Positions 12,635 to 27,960 of a stretch of DNA of 64,000 bases are shown here, piece by piece. How positions within the stretch are numbered: the first letter of the stretch is position 1; each line of letters begins with the position of its first letter. The position numbers and the translations under genes were made by a program. The notes beneath the pieces are model-generated. The model saw only the letters and a list, made by a program, of their open reading frames with translations, searched no databases and was not told the DNA's origin. The stretch lies in assembly GCF_056712565.1 (NCBI RefSeq), contig NZ_CM160072.1; one strand, written 5' to 3'.

Positions 12635-15600
12635 TCAAGCGATCGCGTTCTCTTCCAGTTCACGCATAAACTGGCGTACCCATTCGATACGCGTTTTCCG
12701 CTCACTCAAATCCTGAATAAACTTCAGGCGCGTCGGACCATCAAGGCGGTAATGCTGCGGCTGTTTTTGCAGCAAACCAATCAACCAGGCCGGATTAACG
12801 TGATTCTTCTCGGCAAATTCGATCACGCCGCCTTTCTCATTACCTTCCAGCTTCCTGATCCCCAGTTTCTGCGCTTGCTGGCGCAGACGGGCAATATCCA
12901 GCAGGGTACGCGCCGGATCCGGTAGCAGGCCGAAGCGATCGATAAGCTCGACTTTGATCTCTTCCAGTTCGTTTTCCGTTTTGGCGCTGGCAATACGTTT
13001 GTAGAACGACAGACGCGTGTTCACGTCAGGGATGAAATCATCTGGCAATAGCGACGGCATCCGCAGGTCGACTTCTGTTTGCTGGCTGGTGAGATCTTCC
13101 AGCGACGGCTCGCGTCCGGCTTTCAGCGCATCGACGGCGTTTTCCAGCAACTCCATATACAGCGAGAAACCGATGGTTTCCATTGAGCCGCTTTGTTCTT
13201 CGCCAAGCAGTTCACCTGCGCCGCGGATCTCCAGATCGTGCGTTGCCAGCGCAAAACCTGCACCGAGATCTTCCAGCGAGGCAATCGCTTCAAGACGTTT
13301 TTGCGCATCGGTAGTCATCGCTTTTGGATGCGGCGTCAGTAGCCATGCATATGCCTGGTGGTGAGAACGCCCGACGCGACCGCGCAACTGGTGCAACTGT
13401 GCCAGACCGAAGTGATCCGCGCGTTCAATGATAATGGTGTTGGCGGTAGGAATGTCGATCCCGGTTTCGATAATGGTGGTACAAACCAGCACGTTGAAAC
13501 GTTGATGATGGAAATCATTCATCACCCGTTCCAGTTCGCGCTCACGCATTTGCCCGTGACCGATGGCAATCCGCGCTTCAGGTACCAGTTCTGCCAGCCG
13601 TTCGGCGGCTTTCTGGATGTTTTCCACATCATTGTAGAGATAATAAACCTGTCCTCCGCGCAAAATTTCACGCAGGATCGCCTCCCGGACCACCAGACTG
13701 TCATACTCACGGACAAAGGTTTTAACTGCCAGACGACGGGCGGGCGGCGTGGCGATAATCGACAGATCGCGCATTCCGCTCATTGCCATATTCAGCGTAC
13801 GTGGGATCGGCGTTGCGGTAAGCGTCAGAATATCCACGTTCGCGCGCATCGCTTTAATGCGCTCTTTATGACGCACCCCGAAGCGGTGTTCTTCATCGAC
13901 AATCAGCAGGCCTAAATCTTTAAACTTGACGTCACTTTGCAGCAGTTTGTGCGTACCGATCAGAATATCGATTTTCCCTTCCGCCACTTCCGCAAGGATT
14001 TGCGTCTGCTCTTTGGCGCTGCGGAAACGGGAGATCATTTCGATACGTACCGGCCAGTTGGCGAAACGGTCGCGGAAGTTGTCGTAATGCTGCTGCGCGA
14101 GAAGGGTGGTAGGCACCAGCACCGCCACCTGTTTGTGGTTATCTACCGCCAGGAAAGCGGCGCGCATCGCCACTTCTGTTTTACCAAAGCCAACATCGCC
14201 GCACACCAGACGATCCATTGCCAGCGGCTGACACATGTCGCTAAGCACCGCATTAATGGCTTGAGCCTGATCCGGCGTGGTTTCAAACGGGAAGCTGCCG
14301 CAGAATAACTGATACTGCTCACGATCGTGTTTAAACGCGAAGCCCTCTTTGGCGGCGCGTTGCGCGTAGATATCCAGCAATTCCGCCGCCACATCACGCA
14401 CTTTTTCCGCCGCTTTCTGCCGTGCGCGTGACCAGGCATCGCCACCAAGTTTATGCAGTGGTGCGTTTTCTTCTGCGCCACCCGCGTAACGGCTAATCAG
14501 ATGCAGTGACGACACCGGAACATACAGTTTGGCGTCGTTGGCATAGGTGAGCATCAAATACTCGCCAGTAATGCCTCCAGCTTCGAGCGTGGTCATTCCG
14601 GCATAACGACCGACGCCGTGCTCCAGATGGACCACCGGCTGACCAATATGCAGCTCCGCAAGGTTACGGATCAGTGTATCGGGGTTGATGGCGCGGCGAG
14701 AATCCTGACGACGACGGGCAACGCGTTCACCGAGCAGATCGCTTTCGCAAATCAGCGCCAGGTTACGCATCGTATCGACAAAACCATGTTCGGCAGCGCC
14801 AATCATCAGATAACGCCCACGGTCGCTGGCTTCATCAAGACGCATAATGCGTTGCGGAGCAATTTTAATTCGCGCGAGCAGTTCACCCAGCGCTTCACGG
14901 CGACCTTCACTTTCTACCGAGAACACCACCGGACCGTCGAAAGTCTCGAGGAACTTACGCAGCGCATCCAGCGGCGCTTTTTGTTGTGCCTGAATGGCCA
15001 GGTCTGGCAGTTTCTGGAAACCTAAATTGGCATTCGCTGCTTTTGTCGGTAAATGTTCAGTTTTTAGCTGCACACGCGGCCAGTTTTTCAGCTCTGAAAA
15101 GAGCTCATCCACCCGCAGCCAGAGCGATTGTGGTGGCAACAGTGGGCGCATTGGGTCGACGCCGCGATTCTCAAAACGCGCCAGCGTGTCAGCCTGGAAA
15201 CGTTCGGCACTGTTTTCCAGATCGCCAGTATTCACCAACAGCGTATTGGCAGGGAAATAACTGAACAGTGGCGGCAGCGGTTCGCTGAAGAATAGCGGCT
15301 GCCAGTACTCGATCCCGGCAGGTAATGTGCCTTTACTCACTTGCTGATAAATATGTTCCGGGTCGCGCTTCACTTCGAAGGTATCACGCCACTGGCTGCG
15401 GAACAGTTCAATTGCCGCTTTATCGGTCGGAAATTCGTGCGCGGGAAGCAGATTGATCGCTTCTACTTCCTCCAGCGTGCGCTGGCTATCGACGTCAAAC
15501 ACCCGCAGGCTGTCGATTTCATCATCAAAGAAATCAAGACGATAAGGCAGCTCACTCCCCATCGGGAAGAGATCCAGCAACGCGCCGCGCGTGGCGTATT

Positions 15601-16081
15601 CGCCGTGCTCCATCACCTGGTCAACATGGCGATAACCGGCGCTGTCCAGTTGGGTTCGTAATGCATCTCGTGACAGGCGCTGACCTTTTTTCATCACCAG
15701 CGCATGACCGTGGAGAAAACTGTGCGGGCAAACGCGCTGCATAAGCGTATTCACCGGAACAATCAGTACGCCACGCTGCATCGTCGGTAGCTGGTAAAGG
15801 GTGGAAAGGCGCGAGGAGATAATGTCCTGATGAGGCGAAAAACTGTCGTAAGGGAGGGTTTCCCAGTCCGCCAGGTTCATCACCATCTGATCGGTGAACT
15901 GGCTGATTTCATCATGCAAACGCAGAGCATTTTGCATATCTGGCGCAATAAGCACCACTGGTCCGGCGTGACGTTCGGCAATTTCCGCTACCAGCGTTGC
16001 GCAGGCAGCGCCAGTTAACTCGCCCAGCAGACGCTGCTCACCCGCTTTGACGGGCAGCGTATAACGATATTGTTCAGGCAT
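12635..16081 (-). CDS. mfd: Transcription-repair coupling factor
   Basis: 1148 aa from ATG at 16081 (MPEQYRYTLPVKAGEQRLLGEL...); helicase motifs GFGKTEVAMRAA, DEEHRFG. Confidence 0.95.
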   Translation of the reverse strand: MPEQYRYTLPVKAGEQRLLGELTGAACATLVAEIAERHAGPVVLIAPDMQNALRLHDEISQFTDQMVMNLADWETLPYDSFSPHQDIISSRLSTLYQLPTMQRGVLIVPVNTLMQRVCPHSFLHGHALVMKKGQRLSRDALRTQLDSAGYRHVDQVMEHGEYATRGALLDLFPMGSELPYRLDFFDDEIDSLRVFDVDSQRTLEEVEAINLLPAHEFPTDKAAIELFRSQWRDTFEVKRDPEHIYQQVSKGTLPAGIEYWQPLFFSEPLPPLFSYFPANTLLVNTGDLENSAERFQADTLARFENRGVDPMRPLLPPQSLWLRVDELFSELKNWPRVQLKTEHLPTKAANANLGFQKLPDLAIQAQQKAPLDALRKFLETFDGPVVFSVESEGRREALGELLARIKIAPQRIMRLDEASDRGRYLMIGAAEHGFVDTMRNLALICESDLLGERVARRRQDSRRAINPDTLIRNLAELHIGQPVVHLEHGVGRYAGMTTLEAGGITGEYLMLTYANDAKLYVPVSSLHLISRYAGGAEENAPLHKLGGDAWSRARQKAAEKVRDVAAELLDIYAQRAAKEGFAFKHDREQYQLFCGSFPFETTPDQAQAINAVLSDMCQPLAMDRLVCGDVGFGKTEVAMRAAFLAVDNHKQVAVLVPTTLLAQQHYDNFRDRFANWPVRIEMISRFRSAKEQTQILAEVAEGKIDILIGTHKLLQSDVKFKDLGLLIVDEEHRFGVRHKERIKAMRANVDILTLTATPIPRTLNMAMSGMRDLSIIATPPARRLAVKTFVREYDSLVVREAILREILRGGQVYYLYNDVENIQKAAERLAELVPEARIAIGHGQMRERELERVMNDFHHQRFNVLVCTTIIETGIDIPTANTIIIERADHFGLAQLHQLRGRVGRSHHQAYAWLLTPHPKAMTTDAQKRLEAIASLEDLGAGFALATHDLEIRGAGELLGEEQSGSMETIGFSLYMELLENAVDALKAGREPSLEDLTSQQTEVDLRMPSLLPDDFIPDVNTRLSFYKRIASAKTENELEEIKVELIDRFGLLPDPARTLLDIARLRQQAQKLGIRKLEGNEKGGVIEFAEKNHVNPAWLIGLLQKQPQHYRLDGPTRLKFIQDLSERKTRIEWVRQFMRELEENAIA

Positions 16082-16208
16082 AACGGTTGTCAGATTCTCG
16101 TTAGGATATGCCTCAACATATGGGGGCATATCTCTGATAAGCAATGCTGTTCATTATCCGTAATCGACATGGTTTAGCAAATTGAATCGCCCCGGCTGGG
16201 GCGATGGC

Positions 16209-17282
16209 TTAGCGGGAGTAACTGACGGCCGCGGGCAGAGAAGGCGGGGAGAACAACAGATCGCTGAATGCGCGCTGTGAAAGTTTTCTTACCAGCAAGC
16301 CCGCAACAGTACAGATGAACAAACTAACAAAGGGGTAAACCAGCAGGAGTGTCAGTTCGACTTGCGGCGACCAGCGTGCTGCGTTCATTTGCGCAAGCAG
16401 AGTTAAGCTGAATATTTCAACCAGAATGCGATGGGTGGTGTAGATAGCAATGGTGTTGGAACCAATCACATTCAGCAGGCTGGTGGAGCGCATACCGAAA
16501 CGTTGTTCGTACTGATAAAACAGCTTCATGATCACCACAATCGATACCAGCGACAACAGCAGCGAGATATTAAACAACCAGGCACCGACCGCCAGAACGG
16601 CCAGCAAAGAAGCCATCAGCAGATGGCGGCGCAACGGTACCGCTTTAACACAGGTCATTAATGTTGCGCCAAACCATGCGCCAAGGCTGTAATAAGGCAA
16701 ATTGCGGCTCACACTGTTCATTCCCCACCACGGTGTGGGTACGAAATTAACAGCCACACTCATCAGTATAAACAGAACAAATAACGGCAGGGCCAGGCGG
16801 TTAAAAATTTTACATATCACGAAATAGACAATTAACGCATACAGATACCACAAGCTGGTGCTGGCGGTGATCATCCCGTGCAGGAACTCACCGGTGGAAT
16901 CGGCATAAGCGGCATTGGAGGCATTGCTTAAATTGCGCTCAGGTGCCAGCCACTGATTTAGTGCACTTAGCGCCAGCCACTGCACCACGCCCCAAAGCGC
17001 CAGCACCCAGAAGATGTTCCAGATGCGTTTATCGAGACAATTTCCCCACGGTACGCTGTCGATATAGCGGCGAATCAAATAGCCAGAGATAAAGAAAAAA
17101 ACCGGCATACGAAAGGGTGCAAGGTAAAGATTGAAATAGATCCAGCATTTGCTCAGGACTTCTGATAACGGATGCTGGAAAGTGGTCAGATGCGGATAAA
17201 AGGTAATGACCGAGTGATAAATCACCACCAGACAAATACATAACCCTTTGATCTGGTTAATCCATAGCTCTTTTTGTTTCAT
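16209..17282 (-). CDS. ycfT: Inner membrane acyltransferase-family protein YcfT
   Basis: 357 aa polytopic membrane ORF; synteny. Confidence 0.8.
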   Translation of the reverse strand: MKQKELWINQIKGLCICLVVIYHSVITFYPHLTTFQHPLSEVLSKCWIYFNLYLAPFRMPVFFFISGYLIRRYIDSVPWGNCLDKRIWNIFWVLALWGVVQWLALSALNQWLAPERNLSNASNAAYADSTGEFLHGMITASTSLWYLYALIVYFVICKIFNRLALPLFVLFILMSVAVNFVPTPWWGMNSVSRNLPYYSLGAWFGATLMTCVKAVPLRRHLLMASLLAVLAVGAWLFNISLLLSLVSIVVIMKLFYQYEQRFGMRSTSLLNVIGSNTIAIYTTHRILVEIFSLTLLAQMNAARWSPQVELTLLLVYPFVSLFICTVAGLLVRKLSQRAFSDLLFSPPSLPAAVSYSR

Positions 17283-17423
17283 CAGGACAACACGCTCTTT
17301 TTATTTAACATGCGGTTGATCCTGCGGGGCGAGTCGCGTGGTGTAATGCGTATCTGTCTGTATTTGGTTATTTTTCAGATAAAGATCAGCCCACAAGGCC
17401 GATGAGAAAATGAGGCACTTTAG

Positions 17424-20681
<3,258 letters not shown>

Positions 20682-20709
20682 AGGCAGTACATTAAAACAA
20701 GGAGCGGCA

Positions 20710-21621
20710 ATGTATTACGGGTTTGATATTGGTGGAACAAAAATTGCGCTAGGCGTGTTTGATAGCGGTCGGCAGTTGCAGTGGGAAAAGCGGGTGCCGA
20801 CACCGCGTGACAGCTATGACGCATTTTTAGATGCAGTGTGCGAGCTGGTAGCCGAAGCTGACCGGCGTTTTGGCTGTAAAGGTTCTGTCGGCATCGGTAT
20901 TCCGGGAATGCCGGAAACAGAAGATGGTACGCTGTATGCCGCCAATGTCCCTGCTGCCAGCGGTAAACCGCTGCGTGCCGACCTGAGCGCACGTCTTGAT
21001 CGCGATGTACGCCTTGATAACGATGCCAACTGCTTTGCCCTTTCTGAAGCATGGGATGATGAATTTACTCAATATCCACTGGTGATGGGGTTGATTCTCG
21101 GCACCGGCGTTGGCGGCGGGCTGATTTTCAACGGTAAACCCATTACCGGTAAAAGCTATATTACCGGCGAGTTTGGCCATATGCGTCTGCCGGTTGATGC
21201 GTTAACCATGATGGGGCTGGATTTCCCGTTACGCCGCTGCGGCTGTGGTCAGCATGGCTGCATTGAAAATTATCTGTCTGGTCGCGGTTTTGCGTGGCTG
21301 TATCAACACTATTATCATCAACCGTTGCAGGCTCCTGAGATCATTGCGCTTTATGATCAAGGCGATGAGCAGGCAAGGGCGCACGTTGAGCGTTATCTGG
21401 ATTTATTAGCGGTTTGTCTGGGAAATATCCTGACCATTGTTGACCCTGACCTGGTCGTCATTGGTGGTGGCTTATCGAATTTCCCGGCAATCACAACGCA
21501 ACTGGCGGAAAGGTTGCCTCGTCATCTCTTACCTGTAGCTCGTGTTCCGCGCATTGAACGCGCGCGGCACGGTGATGCGGGGGGAATGCGTGGTGCGGCC
21601 TTCCTACATCTAACCGATTAA
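20710..21621 (+). CDS. nagK: N-acetyl-D-glucosamine kinase
   Basis: 303 aa from ATG at 20710 ([17 protein letters not shown]...), ROK family. Confidence 0.9.
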   Translation: MYYGFDIGGTKIALGVFDSGRQLQWEKRVPTPRDSYDAFLDAVCELVAEADRRFGCKGSVGIGIPGMPETEDGTLYAANVPAASGKPLRADLSARLDRDVRLDNDANCFALSEAWDDEFTQYPLVMGLILGTGVGGGLIFNGKPITGKSYITGEFGHMRLPVDALTMMGLDFPLRRCGCGQHGCIENYLSGRGFAWLYQHYYHQPLQAPEIIALYDQGDEQARAHVERYLDLLAVCLGNILTIVDPDLVVIGGGLSNFPAITTQLAERLPRHLLPVARVPRIERARHGDAGGMRGAAFLHLTD

Positions 21622-21636
21622 ACAACAGAGGTTGCT

Positions 21637-22458
21637 ATGCTGTCGCGTCGGGGTCATCGGTTAAGTCGTTTTCGTAAAAATAAACGTCGCCTGCGCGAGC
21701 GTTTGCGTCAGCGTATTTTTTTCAGAGATAAAGTGGTGCCGGAAGCAATGGAAAAACCAAGAGTACTCGTACTGACAGGGGCAGGGATTTCTGCGGAATC
21801 AGGTATTCGTACCTTTCGCGCCGCAGATGGCCTGTGGGAAGAACATCGGGTTGAAGATGTGGCAACGCCGGAAGGTTTTGATCGCGATCCTGAACTGGTG
21901 CAAACGTTTTATAACGCCCGTCGTCGACAGCTGCAGCAGCCAGAAATTCAGCCTAACGCTGCACATCTTGCGCTGGCTAAACTGCAAGATGCTCTCGGCG
22001 ATCGCTTTTTGCTGGTGACGCAGAATATCGACAATCTGCATGAACGCGCAGGTAATACCAATGTCATTCATATGCATGGGGAACTGCTAAAAGTACGTTG
22101 TTCGCAAAGTGGCCAGGTCCTCGACTGGACCGGAGACGTTACGCCAGAAGATAAATGCCATTGTTGCCAGTTCCCGGCACCCTTGCGCCCGCACGTAGTG
22201 TGGTTTGGCGAAATGCCACTCGGTATGGATGAAATTTATATGGCGTTGTCGATGGCCGATATTTTCATTGCCATTGGTACTTCGGGGCATGTTTATCCGG
22301 CGGCTGGGTTTGTTCACGAAGCGAAACTGCATGGCGCGCACACCGTGGAACTGAATCTTGAACCGAGTCAGGTTGGTAATGAATTTGCCGAGAAATATTA
22401 CGGTCCGGCAAGCCAGGTGGTGCCAGAGTTTGTTGAAAAGTTGCTGAAGGGATTATAA
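21637..22458 (+). CDS. cobB: NAD-dependent protein deacylase (sirtuin)
   Basis: 273 aa, [14 protein letters not shown] and Zn-binding cysteines (CSQSG...CHCC). Confidence 0.9.
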   Translation: MLSRRGHRLSRFRKNKRRLRERLRQRIFFRDKVVPEAMEKPRVLVLTGAGISAESGIRTFRAADGLWEEHRVEDVATPEGFDRDPELVQTFYNARRRQLQQPEIQPNAAHLALAKLQDALGDRFLLVTQNIDNLHERAGNTNVIHMHGELLKVRCSQSGQVLDWTGDVTPEDKCHCCQFPAPLRPHVVWFGEMPLGMDEIYMALSMADIFIAIGTSGHVYPAAGFVHEAKLHGAHTVELNLEPSQVGNEFAEKYYGPASQVVPEFVEKLLKGL

Positions 22459-22469
22459 AGCGGGAAAAA

Positions 22470-22572
22470 TTGCCTGATGCGCTACGCTTGTCAGGCCTGT
22501 GAAGGGGCGCAATCAATTGAATTTGCGGGTTTTGTGGGCCGGATAAGGCGTTCGCGCCGCATCCGGCATAAT
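22470..22572. repeat. REP palindromic elements
   Basis: GCCTGATGCGCTACGCTTGTCAGGCC... GGATAAGGCGTTCGCGCCGCATCCGGC. Confidence 0.75.
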
Positions 22573-22595
22573 ACATGCGAACTTTACTGCCTCTT

Positions 22596-23384
22596 TTACC
22601 GTTTACTCGTCCATAGTAACGCGGCAATAAACGTACAGACACCAATCAGCCCTGCCCAGAGTGGCGATATTCTGGTAATCGCAAAGCTGTTATCGATATA
22701 CAAACATAAAGCCTGATAACCCATATTGGCAACAGCCATCGCCACTGCAAATTTTAACGCATAATAAAGGCGCGTTGTGTAGTTAAAAAATGCAGCAAAG
22801 ACGATGAATGCAACTGCCCAGGCAAAAAGGCCTAATGTCGTGGTACTGCCGGGTGGATCATTTTCATGCTGTTGTCCGGGATGCGGATAATATGTCAGTG
22901 GTGGCGTCGGTTGTTTTAATATTTGTGCTTGTAAAACAGCCAATGCATTATTGATACCCTGATACCAGAGATCCGCATGTAAATAAGCCAGCGTGTGATT
23001 TTCTACCAGAAGGCCGAGATGTTTATCGTCCATACTGCTTTCGACCTGGCCGTTGGTTATCATAATTAACCGTGGCTCGCGGGTAGTAAAGAGTAACAGG
23101 ACGCTGCCTTTTACATTACTCATTGAAGATGCCGCATGCGCCAGCATCGCTTTGCCATTTTGCCTGAGACTGGCTTCATTATTAATGTCGGGTAAAACCA
23201 CAATAAACGGTGCAACTCCGGTTTGTTGGCGAAAAAGCTCGGCTTTATGCGCGATCTCTTCAGCATCTGGTACAGTACCGGTAACATCTGTAAAAAGAGT
23301 CTTCATTATTGGAATCAATGGATTACTGGTCGCCGTTAGAGGCAGGAGTATCAGTAAACTGAGCAATATTATGATTTTTTTCAT
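22596..23384 (-). CDS. ycfZ: Inner membrane protein YcfZ
   Basis: 262 aa from ATG at 23384 ([16 protein letters not shown]...); ATGA overlap with ymfA stop. Confidence 0.8.
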   Translation of the reverse strand: MKKIIILLSLLILLPLTATSNPLIPIMKTLFTDVTGTVPDAEEIAHKAELFRQQTGVAPFIVVLPDINNEASLRQNGKAMLAHAASSMSNVKGSVLLLFTTREPRLIMITNGQVESSMDDKHLGLLVENHTLAYLHADLWYQGINNALAVLQAQILKQPTPPLTYYPHPGQQHENDPPGSTTTLGLFAWAVAFIVFAAFFNYTTRLYYALKFAVAMAVANMGYQALCLYIDNSFAITRISPLWAGLIGVCTFIAALLWTSKR

Positions 23385-23842
23385 GGGCGGGACTTCCGTT
23401 TCCTGCGTGTCTTTTTTGAGGAGGGCATACTGATTAATAAACCGACGGCGATAAAAATAACGCCCATAATGCCGATAAACCCCCATTTAAAAAAATTAAC
23501 CCACGGGTTATTTATCTCAGCCTTTTCAGGATGTCCTGGAGAATAATAAACATTAACTTTATCGCCTTCGCTGTCTTCATAAAAATCGCTGCCAATACTC
23601 GAATTGAAAATTAGCGTGTAATCTGGCGTCGGACGAAAGACAACGACGGGATACCACGAACCATTTTTACCCGTGCGATGAGAATGACTGGAGTGCCAGA
23701 CGGTATCAACAATGACGCCTTCAGTATGAATCGCGTCTTTGCTATAGGTGAACTGGTTATAAAAGATAACAACAGAAATGAGGATCAGTACCAGACCGAT
23801 ACCGAAGAATATACGAAAGAAAACTCTACTGTCCTGGCTCAT
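23381..23842 (-). CDS. ymfA: Inner membrane protein YmfA
   Basis: About 153 aa membrane ORF upstream of and coupled to ycfZ; start chosen at MSQDS. Confidence 0.7.
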   Translation of the reverse strand: MSQDSRVFFRIFFGIGLVLILISVVIFYNQFTYSKDAIHTEGVIVDTVWHSSHSHRTGKNGSWYPVVVFRPTPDYTLIFNSSIGSDFYEDSEGDKVNVYYSPGHPEKAEINNPWVNFFKWGFIGIMGVIFIAVGLLISMPSSKKTRRKRKSRP

Positions 23843-23899
23843 TAGCCACATCCTTGCTAAATAAAAAACGGGCGGTAATACCACCGCCCACTTGCTGAA

Positions 23900-24946
23900 T
23901 TAACGTCCTGCTTTCAGCTTCTGATAATACTCTTCATAAATGCTGCTGGCGGAGCCTACGTCATTTTGCCATTCACCATTTTTAATGGTTTCAGCATCCG
24001 GGTAGAGCGTTTTATCGTTCGCCACTTCCGGACTTAACAGCTTACGCGCCGCAAGGTTTGGCGTTGGATAACCGATAGTTTCAGCAACCTGTTTTGCCAC
24101 ATCCGGGCGCAGCAGGAAGTTGATCAATTTCAGCGCGCCTTCTTTGTTTTTGGCATTTGCCGGGATCGCCAGGCTGTCCATCCAGAAAATGCCGCCTTCT
24201 TTCGGCCATACCACATCAATTGGCGTACCCGCCTGGCGTGCAACGAAAGCAGAACCGTTCCAGATCATGCCGAGGTTAACTTCGCCTTCCATATACGGGT
24301 TAGCGGGGTTATCGGAGTTAAACGCCGCGACGTTTGGCATCAGTTTTTTCAGCTCGTTGTATGCAGCTTCAATCTCTTTCGGATCGGTGGTGTTACCGGA
24401 GTAGCCCAGCTTACGCAGCGCCATCTGGAACACTTCACGGGCATCGTCGGTCAGCAGCAGGCTGCCCTTGTACTCAGGTTTCCACAGATCGGCCCAGCTG
24501 GTGACAGATTTCGGATCCACCGCATCACCGTTAACGCCAATCGCCGTTGCACCCCAGATATACGGAATGGAATAGTCGTTATTCGGGTCAAACGGCTTGT
24601 TGAGCATGTCTGGATCGAGGTTGCTGAAATTGCTTAACTTCGACTTGTCGATCTTCTGGATCATCCCTTCTTTACGCATTTTATCGACGTAATAGGTTGA
24701 AGGAACCACCAGGTCATAGGCACCGTCTTTGTACGTTTTCAGCTTCGCGTACATGGTTTCGTTCGACTCGTAAGTCGAATAGATAACCTTAATACCGGTT
24801 TCTTTGGTGAACTGTTCAAGCAGTCCTGGCGGCACGTACTCGGTCCAGTTGTAGAAATACAGCGTGTTGTTGTCATCGGCGTGAGCGGCGCTCATGCCCA
24901 GTGCCAGAGCACCCGCCGCGAGCAGGTGGCGTGACCATTTTTTCAT
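23900..24946 (-). CDS. potD: Spermidine/putrescine ABC transporter periplasmic binding protein
   Basis: 348 aa with signal peptide; end of potABCD operon. Confidence 0.92.
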   Translation of the reverse strand: MKKWSRHLLAAGALALGMSAAHADDNNTLYFYNWTEYVPPGLLEQFTKETGIKVIYSTYESNETMYAKLKTYKDGAYDLVVPSTYYVDKMRKEGMIQKIDKSKLSNFSNLDPDMLNKPFDPNNDYSIPYIWGATAIGVNGDAVDPKSVTSWADLWKPEYKGSLLLTDDAREVFQMALRKLGYSGNTTDPKEIEAAYNELKKLMPNVAAFNSDNPANPYMEGEVNLGMIWNGSAFVARQAGTPIDVVWPKEGGIFWMDSLAIPANAKNKEGALKLINFLLRPDVAKQVAETIGYPTPNLAARKLLSPEVANDKTLYPDAETIKNGEWQNDVGSASSIYEEYYQKLKAGR

Positions 24947-25737
24947 TTAACGTCCCCTGTGTTACCTTTCGTTTTATCACGAGCAATAAGCTGGCTGGCA
25001 ATTACCATCACCAGCGACAGCACCAGTAATATGGTTGCCAGCGCGTTAACTTCCGGCGATACGCCGACTTTGACCATCGAATAAATTTTTAACGGCAGAA
25101 TTTCATAACTCGGCCCGGTGACAAACGAAGAAACCACCACGTCGTCCATCGACAGGGTAAAGCTTAACACCCAGCCCGCCGCTACCGCTGGCATTGCCAG
25201 AGGCAGAATGATTTTTCGCAGAATGGTAAATTCGCTGGCACCGAGATCTTTCGCCGCTTCCAGCATTCGCACGTCAAAACCTTTCAGGCGCGAATACACT
25301 GTCACCACCACAAATGGCAGGCAGAAGGTGATATGCGAGAACAGCAGCGACCAGAAGCCAAGCTGAATACCCAGCAGCATAAACAGCACCAGCAGCGAAA
25401 TCGCCATCACGATATCTGGTGACATCATCACCACAAACAGCATTCCGCTAACGAACGGCTTACCACGAAAGCGATAACGGTACAGCGCAACTGCCGTCAG
25501 TGAACCGATAAGCGTAGCAAACGTCGCCGAAAACACCGCCATTGTTAGTGAATGCTGCGCTGCCTGTAACAGGCTGTCGTTGTTCATCAGCAGGCTATAC
25601 CATTTGGTGGTAAAACCCTGCCAGTTGATGCCAAAGCGCGAGCTGTTAAAGGAGTTCACAATCAAAATAATGATTGGGATATACAGGTACGCGTAGATAG
25701 CGGTCATAAAACCGCCGCGAAGCAGTCGACCGATCAT
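24943..25737 (-). CDS. potC: Spermidine/putrescine ABC transporter permease
   Basis: 264 aa membrane protein; ATGA coupling to potD. Confidence 0.9.
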   Translation of the reverse strand: MIGRLLRGGFMTAIYAYLYIPIIILIVNSFNSSRFGINWQGFTTKWYSLLMNNDSLLQAAQHSLTMAVFSATFATLIGSLTAVALYRYRFRGKPFVSGMLFVVMMSPDIVMAISLLVLFMLLGIQLGFWSLLFSHITFCLPFVVVTVYSRLKGFDVRMLEAAKDLGASEFTILRKIILPLAMPAVAAGWVLSFTLSMDDVVVSSFVTGPSYEILPLKIYSMVKVGVSPEVNALATILLVLSLVMVIASQLIARDKTKGNTGDVK

Positions 25738-26591
25738 TCGAGTTCCACCTTCTTATTCAGCAGACGAGAAGCGCGCCAGTAAACCAGCAACATCAGGCCC
25801 ATTACGATAGTCAGCGTAATGCTGGTGGCTGCACCAAACGGCCAGTCACGAATATTGAGGAACTGTACCTTGATGACGTTACCGATCAGCAGGTTTTTCG
25901 CACCGCCCATCAGGTCGGACACATAGAACAGGCCCATCGCTGGCAGCATCACCAGCAGACATCCGGCAATAATTCCCGGCATCGTTAGTGGGATAATGAT
26001 GCGGATAAAGGTCTGCAACTTGCTGGCACCGAGATCGCGCGCCGCCTCAAGCAACGGCTTATCCAGTTTTTCGATACTGGAGTACAGCGGCATCACCATA
26101 AACGGCAGCAGAATGTAAACCAGACCGATAATCACCGCACTAGGCGTGAACATGATGCGAATTGGTGTATCGATAACGCCCAGCCAGAGCAAAAACTCGT
26201 TGAGATAGCCTTTGGTGCTGAGGAAAATTTTCAGCCCGTAAATACGAATCAATGAGTTGGTCCAGAACGGAACAATCAGCAGAAACAGCAGCAGCGGACG
26301 CACCTTGTGTGGCAGCTTCGCCAGAAACCAGGCAAAAGGATAGCCCAGCACCAGGCAGGCGAGGGTGGCGATCAGCGCCATATTCAGCGAGTGCAATAGC
26401 ACTTCAAAATAGAGCGGATCGAGCAGACGCGTGTAGTTATCCAGCGTAAAGACCATTTTGACGAAACTGGCGTCGTCGCGGGTCAAAAAGCTGGTGCCAA
26501 TGATCATCAGGTTGGGCAGAAAGACAAACAACACAAGCCAACCGACAATAGTGACAATCACTACATTCTGGAACTTACTTGTGTTCTTCAT
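25734..26591 (-). CDS. potB: Spermidine/putrescine ABC transporter permease
   Basis: Membrane ORF coupled to potC; longest-ORF start used, the true start may lie a few codons downstream. Confidence 0.85.
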   Translation of the reverse strand: MKNTSKFQNVVIVTIVGWLVLFVFLPNLMIIGTSFLTRDDASFVKMVFTLDNYTRLLDPLYFEVLLHSLNMALIATLACLVLGYPFAWFLAKLPHKVRPLLLFLLIVPFWTNSLIRIYGLKIFLSTKGYLNEFLLWLGVIDTPIRIMFTPSAVIIGLVYILLPFMVMPLYSSIEKLDKPLLEAARDLGASKLQTFIRIIIPLTMPGIIAGCLLVMLPAMGLFYVSDLMGGAKNLLIGNVIKVQFLNIRDWPFGAATSITLTIVMGLMLLVYWRASRLLNKKVELE

Positions 26592-27711
26592 CAGCCAGTA
26601 CGACCTCCCAGCTTTCTACCCAATTAATGGCCATTTTTTGGTCGAGAGAGTGGTCAAAGTCAGGATCGTCTTCATTGAAGAATTCGCTGACCATCACCAT
26701 CTTGCCATTTTCCAGCTCAACAACCGACTCCAGCGTCATGCCTTTGTAGTTACGCTCGCGAACGTAACCAATCAGCCCTTCGGCGTGGTTGTCGTCGTTA
26801 ATCTCTTCAACACGTAAGTCTTCCGGGCGCAGCAGAACATGCAGTTTTTGCCCCGGTTCAACGGCGAAGTTAACGTAGATATTACATTCGCGGCCTTCAA
26901 CGTTGGCGCGTACGCGCTGCTCGTCGAGACGTTCGATGACAGTGGCGTTAAACATATTGATTTCGCCAATAAACCCGGCAACAAACAGGTTTTTCGGCTC
27001 TTCGTAGATTTCACGCGGCGTGCCGTCTTGCTCAATGCGACCATCGCGCATCACCACGATCCTGTCCGACATGGTAAGTGCTTCTTCCTGGTCGTGAGTT
27101 ACGAACACGAATGTAATGCCAAGCTTACGCTGTAACGCTTTCAGCTCGTTCTGCATTTGCTTGCGCAGTTTGTAATCCAGCGCTGAGAGCGACTCATCCA
27201 GCAACAACAGACGAGGCTTGTTAACCACCGCGCGAGCAATGGCGACGCGTTGCTGTTGACCACCAGAGAGCTGATGCGGTTTGCGTTGAGCGAAGGTTTC
27301 CAGCTGCACCATCCGCAGGGCTTCCATCACGCGGGGCGTAATTTCAGCAGCGGGGGTTTTTTGCATGCGCAACCCAAAGGCCACATTTTCGAACACGGTC
27401 ATGTGGGGGAAAAGTGCGTAGCTTTGGAAAACAGTGTTCACATAGCGGTTTTCCGCCGGAACGTGGGTGATGTCCTCGTTATCCAGCATGATGCGTCCGG
27501 AATCAACAGTTTCCAGACCTGCAATCAGGCGAAGAACGGTTGTTTTACCGCAGCCAGAAGGGCCAAGCAGCGTGAGGAACTCGCCATTGTTGATAGTCAG
27601 ATCCAGCTGGGGAATGACCTCTTTACCATCAAAGCATTTGCGAATTCCCGCCAATTGCACCAGCGGTGAAAGCGAATTCGGTTGTTTATTCAATTTTTTA
27701 CTCTGTCCCAT
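26575..27711 (-). CDS. potA: Spermidine/putrescine ABC transporter ATPase
   Basis: 378 aa, Walker [10 protein letters not shown], signature LSGGQQQR. Confidence 0.92.
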   Translation of the reverse strand: MGQSKKLNKQPNSLSPLVQLAGIRKCFDGKEVIPQLDLTINNGEFLTLLGPSGCGKTTVLRLIAGLETVDSGRIMLDNEDITHVPAENRYVNTVFQSYALFPHMTVFENVAFGLRMQKTPAAEITPRVMEALRMVQLETFAQRKPHQLSGGQQQRVAIARAVVNKPRLLLLDESLSALDYKLRKQMQNELKALQRKLGITFVFVTHDQEEALTMSDRIVVMRDGRIEQDGTPREIYEEPKNLFVAGFIGEINMFNATVIERLDEQRVRANVEGRECNIYVNFAVEPGQKLHVLLRPEDLRVEEINDDNHAEGLIGYVRERNYKGMTLESVVELENGKMVMVSEFFNEDDPDFDHSLDQKMAINWVESWEVVLADEEHK

Positions 27712-27960
27712 GTAAACGCAACGGATGGCTTACCGATGCGGGGTTTGTGGTTAACCACCTTGGTGACTCTTAATGAGGGCGGTAATTCTACGGCAAACCG
27801 CTTGAATCGCCAATCTTTGTTGTGAATTACTGGCTTAGCTTTATATTCATTAAGGTAATGCTGATAAATATTCCCGCTTGCAGGGCTAAAAGTGACCTGA
27901 CGCAATATTTGTCTTTTCTTGCTTCTTAATAATGTTGTCACAAAAAGTGAGGGTGACTAC

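Noticed and set aside
13358-15025. Several 100-185-aa plus-strand ORFs inside mfd
   Set aside because: All are antisense to the 1148-aa mfd reading frame.
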